Source of the DNA: a virus
Lineage: Duplodnaviria; Caudoviricetes
Strand: one strand, 5' to 3'
Length of the DNA stretch: 53,544 nt
IMG/VR virus record: IMGVR_UViG_3300017767_000015
Span: 1-53,544 of that record
Shown: one piece after another, positions 25,149 to 36,504 of the stretch
Layout of the letters: each line of letters opens with the position of its first letter
How positions within the stretch are numbered: the first letter of the stretch is position 1
Notes under the pieces: model-generated
What the model saw: the letters and a program-made list of their open reading frames with translations, nothing else
Told to the model about the DNA's origin: nothing
Databases searched by the model: none
Translations under genes and position numbers: made by a program

Positions 25149-28100
25149 TTAGTAAGGTCGGAAGTTATCACTTTCGGCAACATTAGGTTTATTCAATCTT
25201 CTTAGATTCACGGAAGTATTGTGAATGATTAGGGAATCATAAGGCGCATTGTCATTACCTTGATTAGGTTTCCTTGTTATGTCTATTTTAAGGGTGTTTC
25301 CTGCGGTGCTAAGACCCTCAATGAGGGTAGTGGGCATCAAGAGTATCTTCTCCCTGTTTTTAGAGCCTGTAAGGACTTTTGTTGTGCTAACGCTCTTGTT
25401 AGTTTCAATGCAAGTAGCAGTCATTGTTAGTTCTATATTGGTTGAGGTATCTGTTGATACTATTGACTCAAGAGAAAATAATCCCCCTGCCGAATCATTA
25501 GGAACTCGCAAAGACATGGAATAAGTATGTTGCTCATTCTGCCCCGAACCGGAGTCAAGAGGGTTTTCTATACCGGACATACAGAATCCTTCGGATGTTG
25601 CGATTGCTACTCCGGTTGTAGGTGAACTGATAACATCAACACCATCAACTGCTCTATCGAAGGAGGATTGATTACCTGTCTTCTTCATACCGAGAATGCC
25701 CCATGTTCCGCCACTTGAACCTATGTCATTGTTGAAATCGGATTTACCTTTGATTCTATTTAGTAGGCTTTGCGATATATCATTAGAAGTCATACCAGCA
25801 TAACCCATACCTTGCGAAGATGGGTCTCCACCATCCACATGACGACTCATCATTACCTTTCTTCCATCATTATCTCCCGAACCTCCGAACTTGGCGGGTG
25901 GTGGTCTTAGCGAAGGTGGTCTTGGTCTTGCGGGTTTTGCTTTTGCTTTATCTCCTCCGCCTCCGCCTCCTCCTGTTCTCTCTTTAAATGCTCTTGCGAA
26001 ATTGTATCGAGAATGGGTTGATAATTTTTCAAGACCTAATTTTACTTGTTCCACATTCCTTTCTGTTTGTTGCCAACCTATTCTCTTTATTATCATCCTC
26101 TCATTACTTATGTCAATATTAGCATCTGTATATGTTAGGCTTGTAGCAGGAATATAAGCAAAATCATCAACTATGTTTATTCTTGGTGCGTAATAAGCAG
26201 CGTGTTCCTTTGCTAAAGCACCCATCTCCGGATATTCTCTCATTCCTAATGGGAATATGGAATCAGCAGAAGTGGATAATCCTAATGACCCAAGACCTAT
26301 CTTCCCATTAGCCATTGATGATTGTCCAAAGGCTACTACATCACCGCATCTTTCTTTAATAAGCGCGCACAGATAATCATAATTAACTGAAAATATTATT
26401 TTGCGAGCATTACCATCATAACTCGATGGTATATCCATTGTGTAATATCCATTTCCGTCTATCGTAATATCCTTTCTATATGTTGAGTTTAGTGTATTTG
26501 TTACTGTATTATCCGGAGGGAAATTAGATGAAGTAGCGGTTGTATTAAAATCGCAATCCATTAAATACAATTGGAATTTTACATCTGTGCTATTCGTTCC
26601 CGAAAATAATCCAATTGCTAATCGCAACTTTTCTCCGGTAGTAGCACTTACTTTGTTAGTTCCTGCACTAACATGCACTACTTGTAGAGCATTTGACAGG
26701 CTATTTGCCCCATAGAAATAATAGGCTTCATTTTTTAGATGTTGTTCGGCAAAAGAAAAATTAATGGTATGAACTCCGGAGGAAAAAGAAGTTCCATCAT
26801 AGTATATTCTAAAATTATAGTAGTTTCCTGTGCTTCCTATTTGACATGGTAAATTATAATATCCTGCGGTAGAATAGGTGACATTAGTTCCTGTATTACC
26901 ATTATAGTCAAATCTAAATGTTGTAGAAGCAGTAGTTATTATTACTTGCCCTGCAATACCAAAAGCAGTTAGTGGAGGATTAGCAAATGTATTACTGCCA
27001 CTTGGATTAAATACGCCACCATCTGTTTTAAACAAAGATAATCCTTCCACCCCGAAAGTTTCCGGATGTGCTTCATTACCTACAACCGGATGAGCAACTT
27101 GTGAGGTTGATGTATGGGGATTGGTTTTGTCAAAGGTATGTGTGGCTTTACTTTTACCTATTTTGTGTAGTCCATTTTGTATTCCAAAGAAAGGACTAAC
27201 TCCGTTTTTATTAGACCACCAACAGGTTTCGGGTTGCGTGTGCGATATTGAGGTTGATGATGTATTCAATCTTTTTCTAAACACATCTGCGATATATCCT
27301 CTTCTACCACTAAGCATCTTGTGATTATTATTAGCATCTCTTAGCATTTCTGCTTCAATACTAATTTTTGATTCGGTTTCTCTATCAAATTCTTGTTTTG
27401 CTAATGCTTCTGCTTCTCCTCTATTCATAACTTCGGGGAATGCTAAAGTTTTCCATCTTATATCTGTATTTTCGCTTGGTGTTGGGAAATCAACAAATGA
27501 ACTATTACCATTATAATATACTCTTACATTTGTTATTTGCGAAAATCCTTCTGTTCTAAGATTTGATGTTTTTAAATTGTCACGATTTAAAGTAACGCCC
27601 AAATCATATATTTCTCTAAACTCTAATCTGTTATCTCTTCCCATTTGGAAAGTCAATCTTTTAGTATTACCAGCAATACCTACTCCTTCTTTGCTACTCA
27701 TACTATCAAGAATATCATAGATGGTTTTTGTCTTTGCATCAATAGAACATCCGAAAGTGTCCGAAGAATTATCTCTCAATATAGGAACATTGTTAATATC
27801 ACTAATTGCAGGAAGGGAAGAATTATTTAACCAAGATTCGTGAATTGCATTATTTTGAATAAATGAAATCTTCTCATCAGCAGTAAATGTTCCGCAATTA
27901 GCAGAAGTAATTTTACCTACTATGTTTAAGTTTAATCGCAGACCATATAGAGCAGCAGTAGTATTATAGACAGTGACTTTATCAAAATTAGTATCTAATT
28001 TATCATCGGATAGTAAGTCTTCGTTGCTACCAATCGCAACACTACTTCCTGTTGCACCTGCCGTTACATCTGCTTTTAATTGGTCTATTGCATGTTGAGG

Positions 28101-31100
28101 ATGCGTAACTACTGAATAAGATGTAAGATATACACCTGTTAGAGTATCAACAACAGTTCCATTTATGGTAGCAGTTCCTTTTCCTGTCCAAGCATAGTAG
28201 TATGCAGTTTTTTCTGCGGTATTATTACTACCCTTCTCGCACATTATTACTCCATATCCGGAAGTATCAAATTCTGTTATATCCTTTAGTGCTAATGTAG
28301 TATCTCCTACTACAAGATTACTTTTTAATTTAGTTCCGTCATTAATAAAATTCAAAGAGTTTTTATGTTTTTGGATAGGACTTCCCGAATTTTTATAAGA
28401 TGCAGTAGCCTCTTTCCAATAAGAATCAATAAGGTATGGGAATCCGAATGTTGCTACATTGTAATCTCCAAAATCTACAAGGCCACCTGCTGAATAACCC
28501 GGCCTTCCTCCACAAGCCATAGTGTTTAAATTCCAAAATCTGCTCACATCAACAAGTGCTATTGCACCACCTTTGTTTTGCCAATTGTGGTATCTTGTAT
28601 CGTATGGTTCATCGTTGCTTGCGCCATCTAAAGCAGACCAAGCACCGCCACTATAAGGCTCAACGGTAGAATCAATATCCCAAATATCTGCATCTGCGCC
28701 TATTTTTAAGTCTGTAAATACATCGGGTTGTCCTTCATTATCAAATTGGTCTGCAAATGTAAGTAGTAATTCGTAGTTCTGCGTAGTAGGTAAATTTAGA
28801 CCATAAGTTGTTTTTCTGTGTCCTCCGTCTGCATCTGCATTACCATCGTTTCGCATATCAGCCCAAGATAGGAATATATGTTTGTAGCCATTAGACTCAT
28901 CTACTTTTCGCAAACCAAGAATAGTATCATTTATTTTCCATTCTCTTTTTACTCCTTTTACTCCACCAATAGTTACAATACCATGTGCTGCCTTTCCTCC
29001 TGTTTCAGCAGAAGGGAAAGAACCATCCCACCCACAGTTAGTATTAACATCTGTTGCTTCAAGACTCCAATTAACTGCATCGGGGTCTTGATTGTGTCTT
29101 GCCGTTCCATCATTCCAACCCGACCCTTGTTGATACTTAGCCTGTAAAAACGCAAAAGAGTTTCTTGTAGGAACATACTTGTTAATTTTCCATGTCTTAA
29201 TGTGATTTGCTGATAATGATGAACCCGTTGATGTTGATATTTCTTTTACCATGTGGACTCCATTTAATGCAGAATTTGATTTAAAACCACAAATTGCTAT
29301 AATGTCTCCTTCTGCAAGACCATGTGCGCTTCCAAAATCCCAAGTTCCGTCTCCTTCCCAATCAATAGGAACTTCATTTTGTATTGATAATAAACTACCA
29401 ATCGCAAAATCATGTTCTCCTGTTGAGTTATCTATTAAATCTAAAATAAATTCATCTAATTTATTCATGGTAGCATGATACCAAATAGCAGGGTCTTTAA
29501 TTGTTATTGAAATAGCACCTGCGGCAATATCAGCAGTTAATTTAGCACTTGTTCTACCTGTTGATGTAGCCCAACCATTTGCCGTTGCTTGTGTTGAAGT
29601 AAAGGGATGTTCTGTAATACTACCTACACCTGCTCTTGTATATGGTTCTGCATCTATAATACCAAACTGTGCTTTAAACCAAGTAGATAAAGGCAAGTCT
29701 CGCATCCATCTTGCGTGTATTCGACTATGTATTACAGGGTCTAAGCCCACTCTTACCATTTCAGCATTAGCAGTATCGGTAGTAGCACCACTTGGAGTTT
29801 GATGTATAACGGCAGGAGTTATTACTCTTCTTTTATCATTATGCGAATTAATATCTCTTTGTCTATACACATGCAGTTCTTCTGTGGCAGCAGAAGCAGT
29901 AAAATTAGCAAGACCTGTTTTTTTTGTTGTTTCAGCATAAACTGTTCCTGCCGAAGGAACTCCTATTACAGTAAATACTTCTCCTGCGAATGGATGGTCT
30001 GCACCGGAAAAACCTACAAATTCATCTCCTATGCTTAAATTATGTGGAGAAGGAGTATTAACAATAAATTCTAATAATTCGTTGCCAAACATATTCATGT
30101 TATAACTTTGTATGTGATTTACTATATTAAAAGTAATTTGTAGATTATCGCTTGCTTGTGTTCCTGTTACTGCCAATTCAAAGGCTACATACCTGTTATC
30201 AGTTCCGCCTTGATGTTGCTTATATGTTATCGCAGAAATAATAAGGTTATCAGCGTCATTAGTTAATGTTCCTTTTAGAGACACCCTATCACCTACTGCT
30301 AACGCACGATAATGAGTAGTTCCGGAAGTATCAATAGTAAATCTTGTATCTCTTTCTATAATTACAAATAGTTTATTTGCTTCTCTATACATAGAATAAA
30401 TATCAAACATTCCCCAATTCGCTGCATTTAATCCAGCCCATTCTTTTTCAACGGAGTTTGCGCCATCTTCGTCTTCATTAATATACATCTGTATAGCAGT
30501 TCCGGAGTATAAACTCATTTTACTATTAGCAACATTATTATAATTAAGAAGCCTTCCTCTTGTATTAAAAACACCAAATCCTATATTAGAATCAAGCATC
30601 TGCAAATCAACAGAACCAAAGTCCATTTTTTGATGTAGTGCAAATGTCTCATCGTATTTTTTAGCAGTAGAAGCAGACATAGATAAATGGTTGTTAAGGG
30701 ATTGGAATGCACCTTGACCTACTTCCCAAATAGGAAGCAATCTATTAAATACACTTAAAGAATCCGAAGCACTAATTGTTGTTGTCATAGAATTATCATA
30801 AACACTTTGTTTATGTGTAATGTTTTCAATAAAGCCCCACCATAGAGGTCTATCTTCGTTTTCTTGAAATACTAATAGCCTCCAATCTTCTGCGGTAGAA
30901 GTAAGAGGAGTAAGAGTAAATGCGCTATTATCATCTAATATATCAATAGAGCATGTGCTTGTGGAATTAGCACCTAAATTCATTGTCATTTTATTAACAG
31001 GAGGTAAAGAATTTAAATCACCATTAAATTTATTTGTAAGAGGAATAGCCATACCTGCTCTATCAATAAGAGTAGTATGGTTTATGTAATCATCACTACC

Positions 31101-32366
31101 TTTTGTATAATGCAAATCTAAAGACCAACCATTAAGGCCACCCATAGTCGCTGCACTAAATGTTGTTCCAAAAGAACCATTATTAAAAGGAGTAGTATTA
31201 CCATCAGCATAAGCCTTCCATGTGTTACCAGCAAAATCCATTACTACTTGAACATCAACCCAATCTCCTACTTTTGTTTGATTTAGATTAGCAGGAGTGC
31301 CAAAAGAATCTTTGGTAATAGAACCTTTTGCTTTCTGCAAAGAGGCATGTGCTAAATCAATATCAACTGTAACAAGAGATGTTACAGAAGACCAAGTATT
31401 GTTTGCTTTTACATAAGGATTAGGATAACCTAATTTAAGTGTATATTTTGGAGTATGATTTGAATGTGGGTCGCACATTAATCGCAAGTTAAATGTCTCA
31501 CCTATACCTTTAAATCGCAACTTACCTGTGTAATTAATTACTCTATGAGTTCCCGAAGAAGCGGTTTGTTCGGGTTCAATAAATACATTATGAACAAAAA
31601 AGTTTTGTCCGGAAGGACTTGTTATTTCATGCGATTGCGAAAGTGAATATGATACTGTGGGAGTTTGTCTTGCGAATGCAGAATGATAATAAGCACCAGC
31701 AAATGAAGCCATTACTAATGTCTTATCGGGAGTATCATGACTTCCCGAAGTATTAGTAAGTCCTTTATGGAAAAAGGGTATTGGGTTTCCGGCACTTGGG
31801 CTTGCTTGTGAAGTAACTCCTGCGGTTATATCATACATGCTTACAGGTGCAGAACCATAAGACATATCCATAATACCCATAGGAACATAATATATTCCTG
31901 CCGTTTCATGTCCGTTCCGAAATGCAAGGTAGTTATGGTCTGTTGCTTCACCATTGTATTTCTGTCTATTTGCGATTATAGAATTAGGAACTTCTAAGTG
32001 CATTCTATTTTGATATAAATTTGATTCTGCTTCTCTTGGATTTAATGTAAGTGCTTCATGGAAACCTGCATTTGTTTTTAGGTTATCTCCTGCTAAAGAC
32101 TGAAATGAAGTTAAATATAATTCTTGTTCTGTTGAGTAAGTAGTATGAAGACTACCTAAATATTCTTGTCGTAGTCTATCTGCATAAGAGTAATAAAATC
32201 TTGGAATAAAAGATACATTACCAATAGAAGAACCATGATGGGATAAAGTATGGTCTAAATCTCTATACGATGCAGGATTTAAATCATCTGCAACTAATCT
32301 ACAAGAGTTAAAATCGTCGTAATATCCGGACAACCAATAATTATATTTTGTTCCAACTGTCTTCAT
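25149..32366 (-). CDS. Very large tail tip/hub and receptor-binding protein
   Basis: 2405 aa directly after the tape measure; tail-hub-like segments (LWWGFIE.I.H, ISASDSL, ITNVRVYY, EAEALAK, IIKRIGW) interrupted by beta-rich inserts. Confidence 0.75.
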   Translation of the reverse strand: MKTVGTKYNYWLSGYYDDFNSCRLVADDLNPASYRDLDHTLSHHGSSIGNVSFIPRFYYSYADRLRQEYLGSLHTTYSTEQELYLTSFQSLAGDNLKTNAGFHEALTLNPREAESNLYQNRMHLEVPNSIIANRQKYNGEATDHNYLAFRNGHETAGIYYVPMGIMDMSYGSAPVSMYDITAGVTSQASPSAGNPIPFFHKGLTNTSGSHDTPDKTLVMASFAGAYYHSAFARQTPTVSYSLSQSHEITSPSGQNFFVHNVFIEPEQTASSGTHRVINYTGKLRFKGIGETFNLRLMCDPHSNHTPKYTLKLGYPNPYVKANNTWSSVTSLVTVDIDLAHASLQKAKGSITKDSFGTPANLNQTKVGDWVDVQVVMDFAGNTWKAYADGNTTPFNNGSFGTTFSAATMGGLNGWSLDLHYTKGSDDYINHTTLIDRAGMAIPLTNKFNGDLNSLPPVNKMTMNLGANSTSTCSIDILDDNSAFTLTPLTSTAEDWRLLVFQENEDRPLWWGFIENITHKQSVYDNSMTTTISASDSLSVFNRLLPIWEVGQGAFQSLNNHLSMSASTAKKYDETFALHQKMDFGSVDLQMLDSNIGFGVFNTRGRLLNYNNVANSKMSLYSGTAIQMYINEDEDGANSVEKEWAGLNAANWGMFDIYSMYREANKLFVIIERDTRFTIDTSGTTHYRALAVGDRVSLKGTLTNDADNLIISAITYKQHQGGTDNRYVAFELAVTGTQASDNLQITFNIVNHIQSYNMNMFGNELLEFIVNTPSPHNLSIGDEFVGFSGADHPFAGEVFTVIGVPSAGTVYAETTKKTGLANFTASAATEELHVYRQRDINSHNDKRRVITPAVIHQTPSGATTDTANAEMVRVGLDPVIHSRIHARWMRDLPLSTWFKAQFGIIDAEPYTRAGVGSITEHPFTSTQATANGWATSTGRTSAKLTADIAAGAISITIKDPAIWYHATMNKLDEFILDLIDNSTGEHDFAIGSLLSIQNEVPIDWEGDGTWDFGSAHGLAEGDIIAICGFKSNSALNGVHMVKEISTSTGSSLSANHIKTWKINKYVPTRNSFAFLQAKYQQGSGWNDGTARHNQDPDAVNWSLEATDVNTNCGWDGSFPSAETGGKAAHGIVTIGGVKGVKREWKINDTILGLRKVDESNGYKHIFLSWADMRNDGNADADGGHRKTTYGLNLPTTQNYELLLTFADQFDNEGQPDVFTDLKIGADADIWDIDSTVEPYSGGAWSALDGASNDEPYDTRYHNWQNKGGAIALVDVSRFWNLNTMACGGRPGYSAGGLVDFGDYNVATFGFPYLIDSYWKEATASYKNSGSPIQKHKNSLNFINDGTKLKSNLVVGDTTLALKDITEFDTSGYGVIMCEKGSNNTAEKTAYYYAWTGKGTATINGTVVDTLTGVYLTSYSVVTHPQHAIDQLKADVTAGATGSSVAIGSNEDLLSDDKLDTNFDKVTVYNTTAALYGLRLNLNIVGKITSANCGTFTADEKISFIQNNAIHESWLNNSSLPAISDINNVPILRDNSSDTFGCSIDAKTKTIYDILDSMSSKEGVGIAGNTKRLTFQMGRDNRLEFREIYDLGVTLNRDNLKTSNLRTEGFSQITNVRVYYNGNSSFVDFPTPSENTDIRWKTLAFPEVMNRGEAEALAKQEFDRETESKISIEAEMLRDANNNHKMLSGRRGYIADVFRKRLNTSSTSISHTQPETCWWSNKNGVSPFFGIQNGLHKIGKSKATHTFDKTNPHTSTSQVAHPVVGNEAHPETFGVEGLSLFKTDGGVFNPSGSNTFANPPLTAFGIAGQVIITTASTTFRFDYNGNTGTNVTYSTAGYYNLPCQIGSTGNYYNFRIYYDGTSFSSGVHTINFSFAEQHLKNEAYYFYGANSLSNALQVVHVSAGTNKVSATTGEKLRLAIGLFSGTNSTDVKFQLYLMDCDFNTTATSSNFPPDNTVTNTLNSTYRKDITIDGNGYYTMDIPSSYDGNARKIIFSVNYDYLCALIKERCGDVVAFGQSSMANGKIGLGSLGLSTSADSIFPLGMREYPEMGALAKEHAAYYAPRINIVDDFAYIPATSLTYTDANIDISNERMIIKRIGWQQTERNVEQVKLGLEKLSTHSRYNFARAFKERTGGGGGGGDKAKAKPARPRPPSLRPPPAKFGGSGDNDGRKVMMSRHVDGGDPSSQGMGYAGMTSNDISQSLLNRIKGKSDFNNDIGSSGGTWGILGMKKTGNQSSFDRAVDGVDVISSPTTGVAIATSEGFCMSGIENPLDSGSGQNEQHTYSMSLRVPNDSAGGLFSLESIVSTDTSTNIELTMTATCIETNKSVSTTKVLTGSKNREKILLMPTTLIEGLSTAGNTLKIDITRKPNQGNDNAPYDSLIIHNTSVNLRRLNKPNVAESDNFRPY

Positions 32367-32391
32367 TAATTCACTATCCTAATACTATTCT

Positions 32392-35300
32392 CTAACTTAT
32401 CAAATTTTGGTCTCTTAACTCTTGCATTACTCCTTGCGAAACGGCATCAACCATTTCGGGAAGAGTCATTCCATTAAATACATTATGTTGCACAAGTTCA
32501 ACTTTATGTAGCAGACTTTCTACGCCACCTTGAACTACTTGCTTGTAAATTTGACCTGTAAAGTTTGCTCTTTCACCAAAGAATAATTCTTCTCTTGCAT
32601 TAGCAAATTCATTTTGTTGCTCTAAAATACTATCATATAAGTATCTTTCATTTGCGATTAGTGCATCTACCCCATCTTCTTGAACGCTAAGTAAATTACT
32701 ATAATAATCTTGCATAAATGTTATATTAATATCATCATAAGAATCATTCCCTTCAAAATCTGCAATAAACTGTTCTGCTGCGGCCTTTCCGTCTGCACCT
32801 TTACCAAATTGTTCAGAAAAATATTCTCCATTTTTCCTACCGACTACTCCATATTGTCTGTTTTCAATAACCCCTGCTCTAACTAAAGGTGCATCATCAC
32901 TAAATATACCTGTAAAACCATCTGCTTTAGGTCTATATATGTTTGCGTAAGCCTCATCCATTTCTTGTGCGCCTTGATTTACTAAGTATTGAGCATCGTC
33001 AATAGCAAGTAATTTTTCTTCTATAACCCCAAGCCTACTAACCTGTTGTTCTAATCCTCTTACTAACTCTATATCTCCTGCGGTTGTTGCCGTTTCTATA
33101 TCTTTATTGATTAAACCTATTCTTTCTTGTAGGCTTGCTAATGTAGAATCTGTAAGTTCAGCATCTTGCTTTAAATCATCATAAGAAAGACTACCAAATA
33201 ATCCTTCATTTATAGCGGTAGCACCAGCAGCACCTTGTAAGTCTGCAAGAATCTGTGAAGTTCTATCTAATTCACTATTCATAGTTTCTAAATTATCAAT
33301 ATCTGTCTCAAAGTTTTCTCCAAATATACTGTCGAATAACTCAAAACCTGCATAGGCAGCAACACCACCAAGTAACATAGCAAAAGAAGCAAGACCACCA
33401 CTCATCATTCCCGACATTATAACGCCTTCTCTTGCAGTAGCCTTGATTGCAGTTTGAAGAGTTTTAAATGACTTTACTAACATTGGGATTGTAGTTAAAG
33501 CCATACCATACATTATGGCAGACATTTGTTTGTTTTCATCAACAACACTTGGAAGAATTAGCATTGATGTTAGCAAAGCACCATTAAGCATACCTTGAGC
33601 AAACTCTTTACTTTTTATGGCTTCGCCTACTTTTTTGAAACTCATGGCTTCTTGAGCATTTCCTTGAATGCTTCTTTTTTGTCTCAAGATTGCTTGGTCG
33701 TCTGCTACAATAAGCGCAGCGACTCTTATTTCTTCTTCAACTAATTGATTTATATGTTCTTCATTTGTTACTATTTTATCTCTTATAGTAGCAGTCTCCT
33801 TTTTATTAGAGATAGCAACCGCTTCTGCTTGATTAAGTTGCATGTCTATTTGACGCGCTGATTCTATACTTGTTTTTAGTTCTGCTTGTTTTGTCATTAG
33901 ACCTTCCTTTACGATAGGGTCTAATGCCCTTGCTAAAACTATTTCCGAAGACCTTAAATCATTTAAATGTTTTATTGTTCCTGTTATACTTCGTTGTTGC
34001 TTTACGCTTTGTTGTAATTGTTCAATTGACCTTGCCCCTATTTCATTAGCCAATTGTCTATCTTTATTTAGATTTGCAGTTAATTTACTTTTAAATGCGG
34101 TTTCTGCATTTAACTGCTTAGTTAAATTCATATTTGCAGTTATTTGATAATTTATACTTCTTTTTCCCTCACCTAACTTTTTTTCAAGAGAAGTTAATTT
34201 TGAGGTTATTGCAGCAGTTTGTTTTTTACCTTTTGCACCTGCTAACTCTATTCTTGTTGCTTCAATTTCAACCTGTAATGCTACTCTTTTTTGTTCTAAT
34301 GCTGATTTTTCTACTTGTGCCTTCTTTCTTGCTGCTACCGCAGTCATTTGATAAGAATGTTGGACTTTATTTAGACCCGTTAAAGTAACTTGAGTGGATG
34401 CTAATGTCTCGCTTTTATTCATTTTTAATACGGCATTTTGTAAAATTGCGGCCTCTCTCATGGCTTGATAAGATTTTACACTCTCTTTTACATCTGCAAT
34501 ATTTTTAGGCTGAATAGCATGTAATGTCTTAAAAGCAATAACCATACCCATTATGTTTAGACCTAAATCCATAGTAGGTTGTAGAATCTTTTGATACGCA
34601 TTACCAAGACCTATAACACTACCTACAAATGGCAAAAACACTTCTTGTCCACGAACCTGTGCGCCTATAATGTCTTCTAATCTATCTAAGAAAAATGATT
34701 CAGCCCTTGCTGCTGACATAAATGCAGGTGCTAATTTTTCACCTAACTCTACTCTTTGGTTTTCTAACTTAGCATTCATAGAGTCTATCTTAAATGCAGC
34801 AGACTTCTGTTTATTTTCAAACTCTTCAATAGCAGGGAATTGCGATTCAAATGCAATAGTCTGCAATTCTGTAAGCCTTTGTTGATTTTCCATTAACTTT
34901 AGGAATTTAATATAATGTCTTGAACCTGCAATATTTACCGCTAATGCTCTTTTCTGCTCGCTATTCATATTTGCATAAGCAGGTGCGATTGCAGTTAGAA
35001 CATCTGTTAGTTTCATTTGTGCTACGCCTTGAGAATCAACACCATCAACTAATTCTGCGATTGCTTGTGTTGCGTTATTACTTGCGTTTCCGAGACGCTG
35101 GTAAATCATACGCAGACCTGTTCCTGCCCTGCTTACTTCTTCACCTGTCTCAAGTAGCAAAGCAGACATAGCAGCCATTTCACCAATGCTTTCACCTGCG
35201 ATATCCGCTTGACTTGCGAATTGGTTAAGAAAGAAAGTAATATCTTCCATTGTAGCAACAGAAGAGTTTTCAATTGTATTCAATTGATTGAGAGTATGTA

Positions 35301-35868
35301 TAGAAGATTCTCTTACTACATTTGCTTGTTTTGCTGCATCGAGAGCATCGTATTGAGCCTTAGTCATTCCACCATATAGGAATTGTGTCTGTTGCGCCAA
35401 TTGGATAAAACGATTCATTCCTTCTTCGGTTTCCATCTCACCAATCTGTGCCATTAACAGACCTGCTCTTGCTGCTTCAATAACTGCTTCTTGTTGTCCT
35501 AAGACACCCTTTAATTGAGCCGTTCTTGCTGATGCGGCAAGTGCTTCTGCACCTGTAAAGGCAAAGCCTTCACCCATTTTTACTGCGGCTTCTGCAAATC
35601 TATTTACTTCATCAACCGATTCGCTATTGTAAAATTTACGAACTCTAACAAACTGTTGCTCAAACTCAAAGAAGGCATCAGTCATTGATGCTACACCCAT
35701 TAGGATTTGATTAGTAGTCTCCATAAAGGAGTCATTAATACCTCCTAATGTATCAATAAGAATAGCCTTTTGAATTGTTGCTGCCGTTTGAGTATCACCT
35801 AAGATTCTATCGGCTGAAAATCTACCGATTACATCGAAATATACTCTTGCTGCACCCGACTTAGCCAT
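32392..35868 (-). CDS. Tail tape measure protein
   Basis: 1158 aa, Ala/Gln-rich helical; AGESIGEMAAMSALL.E.G....AGTGLRMIYQRL core; follows the chaperone pair. Confidence 0.9.
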   Translation of the reverse strand: MAKSGAARVYFDVIGRFSADRILGDTQTAATIQKAILIDTLGGINDSFMETTNQILMGVASMTDAFFEFEQQFVRVRKFYNSESVDEVNRFAEAAVKMGEGFAFTGAEALAASARTAQLKGVLGQQEAVIEAARAGLLMAQIGEMETEEGMNRFIQLAQQTQFLYGGMTKAQYDALDAAKQANVVRESSIHTLNQLNTIENSSVATMEDITFFLNQFASQADIAGESIGEMAAMSALLLETGEEVSRAGTGLRMIYQRLGNASNNATQAIAELVDGVDSQGVAQMKLTDVLTAIAPAYANMNSEQKRALAVNIAGSRHYIKFLKLMENQQRLTELQTIAFESQFPAIEEFENKQKSAAFKIDSMNAKLENQRVELGEKLAPAFMSAARAESFFLDRLEDIIGAQVRGQEVFLPFVGSVIGLGNAYQKILQPTMDLGLNIMGMVIAFKTLHAIQPKNIADVKESVKSYQAMREAAILQNAVLKMNKSETLASTQVTLTGLNKVQHSYQMTAVAARKKAQVEKSALEQKRVALQVEIEATRIELAGAKGKKQTAAITSKLTSLEKKLGEGKRSINYQITANMNLTKQLNAETAFKSKLTANLNKDRQLANEIGARSIEQLQQSVKQQRSITGTIKHLNDLRSSEIVLARALDPIVKEGLMTKQAELKTSIESARQIDMQLNQAEAVAISNKKETATIRDKIVTNEEHINQLVEEEIRVAALIVADDQAILRQKRSIQGNAQEAMSFKKVGEAIKSKEFAQGMLNGALLTSMLILPSVVDENKQMSAIMYGMALTTIPMLVKSFKTLQTAIKATAREGVIMSGMMSGGLASFAMLLGGVAAYAGFELFDSIFGENFETDIDNLETMNSELDRTSQILADLQGAAGATAINEGLFGSLSYDDLKQDAELTDSTLASLQERIGLINKDIETATTAGDIELVRGLEQQVSRLGVIEEKLLAIDDAQYLVNQGAQEMDEAYANIYRPKADGFTGIFSDDAPLVRAGVIENRQYGVVGRKNGEYFSEQFGKGADGKAAAEQFIADFEGNDSYDDINITFMQDYYSNLLSVQEDGVDALIANERYLYDSILEQQNEFANAREELFFGERANFTGQIYKQVVQGGVESLLHKVELVQHNVFNGMTLPEMVDAVSQGVMQELRDQNLIS

Positions 35869-36163
35869 TTTTCAACCAACCATTTAACTTATTTGCTACT
35901 TCCGCTTGGTCTCTTATTGATGTACTTCTCTTTTGATTTCTTCGGGCAACTGCTTTCTTCGCTTGGCGACTTCCTGCTTGACCCTTTGCTTCATCATATT
36001 GCTCGCTTATTCTTTCAGCCATTTCCGATGCAATAATCATGTCAAATTCTAACTTCATCAATCCTCCTTTGCAGTTATATTTGTCAAATAAATCGCTTGG
36101 TAATACTCCCTTAAATGCTGAACATAAACTTGGTGCGACTTGGGAGATTAATCCAAAGGGCAA
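35861..36163 (-). CDS. Tail assembly chaperone, frameshift extension (lambda gpT-like)
   Basis: Overlaps the end of 36148..36504 in the -1 frame at C CCT TTG. Confidence 0.75.
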   Translation of the reverse strand: MPFGLISQVAPSLCSAFKGVLPSDLFDKYNCKGGLMKLEFDMIIASEMAERISEQYDEAKGQAGSRQAKKAVARRNQKRSTSIRDQAEVANKLNGWLKNG

Positions 36164-36504
36164 GCACCCTCTATGTCGTCTCCTCTAACGAAATTTAATA
36201 TTGTTCTTAGTTCCTCGCTTGTTAAAACATTAATGTCAATTTCTTTATCAATGACACATTTTGGAATCCAATTGGAGATTTGGCTATCTATACCTGCGCC
36301 TTCGCTATCAAGCATATCTGCAAACTCTTGTTGTTGTTCTTCCGACCAATCAGTAGGGTTTGTACCAAAGTGTCTGCACTTTCGCAGAACTCCGGCTTGT
36401 ATTTTTTCAATCGCAAGTTTATCCATTCCGGATGCTTGTCTAACCCAAATTTTCTTTCCGTTATCTAATTCAATTTCTTTCTTCAATACTGGCATTCTTT
36501 TCAC
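36148..36504 (-). CDS. Tail assembly chaperone (lambda gpG-like)
   Basis: Lies between tail tube and tape measure; ends at a slippery heptamer. Confidence 0.8.
   Translation of the reverse strand: MKRMPVLKKEIELDNGKKIWVRQASGMDKLAIEKIQAGVLRKCRHFGTNPTDWSEEQQQEFADMLDSEGAGIDSQISNWIPKCVIDKEIDINVLTSEELRTILNFVRGDDIEGACPLD
36154..36160 (-). other. -1 ribosomal frameshift slippery site C CCU UUG
   Basis: Minus strand tgC CCT TTG gat TAA; the -1 frame continues CCC TTT GGA TTA ATC (PFGLI...). Confidence 0.8.
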
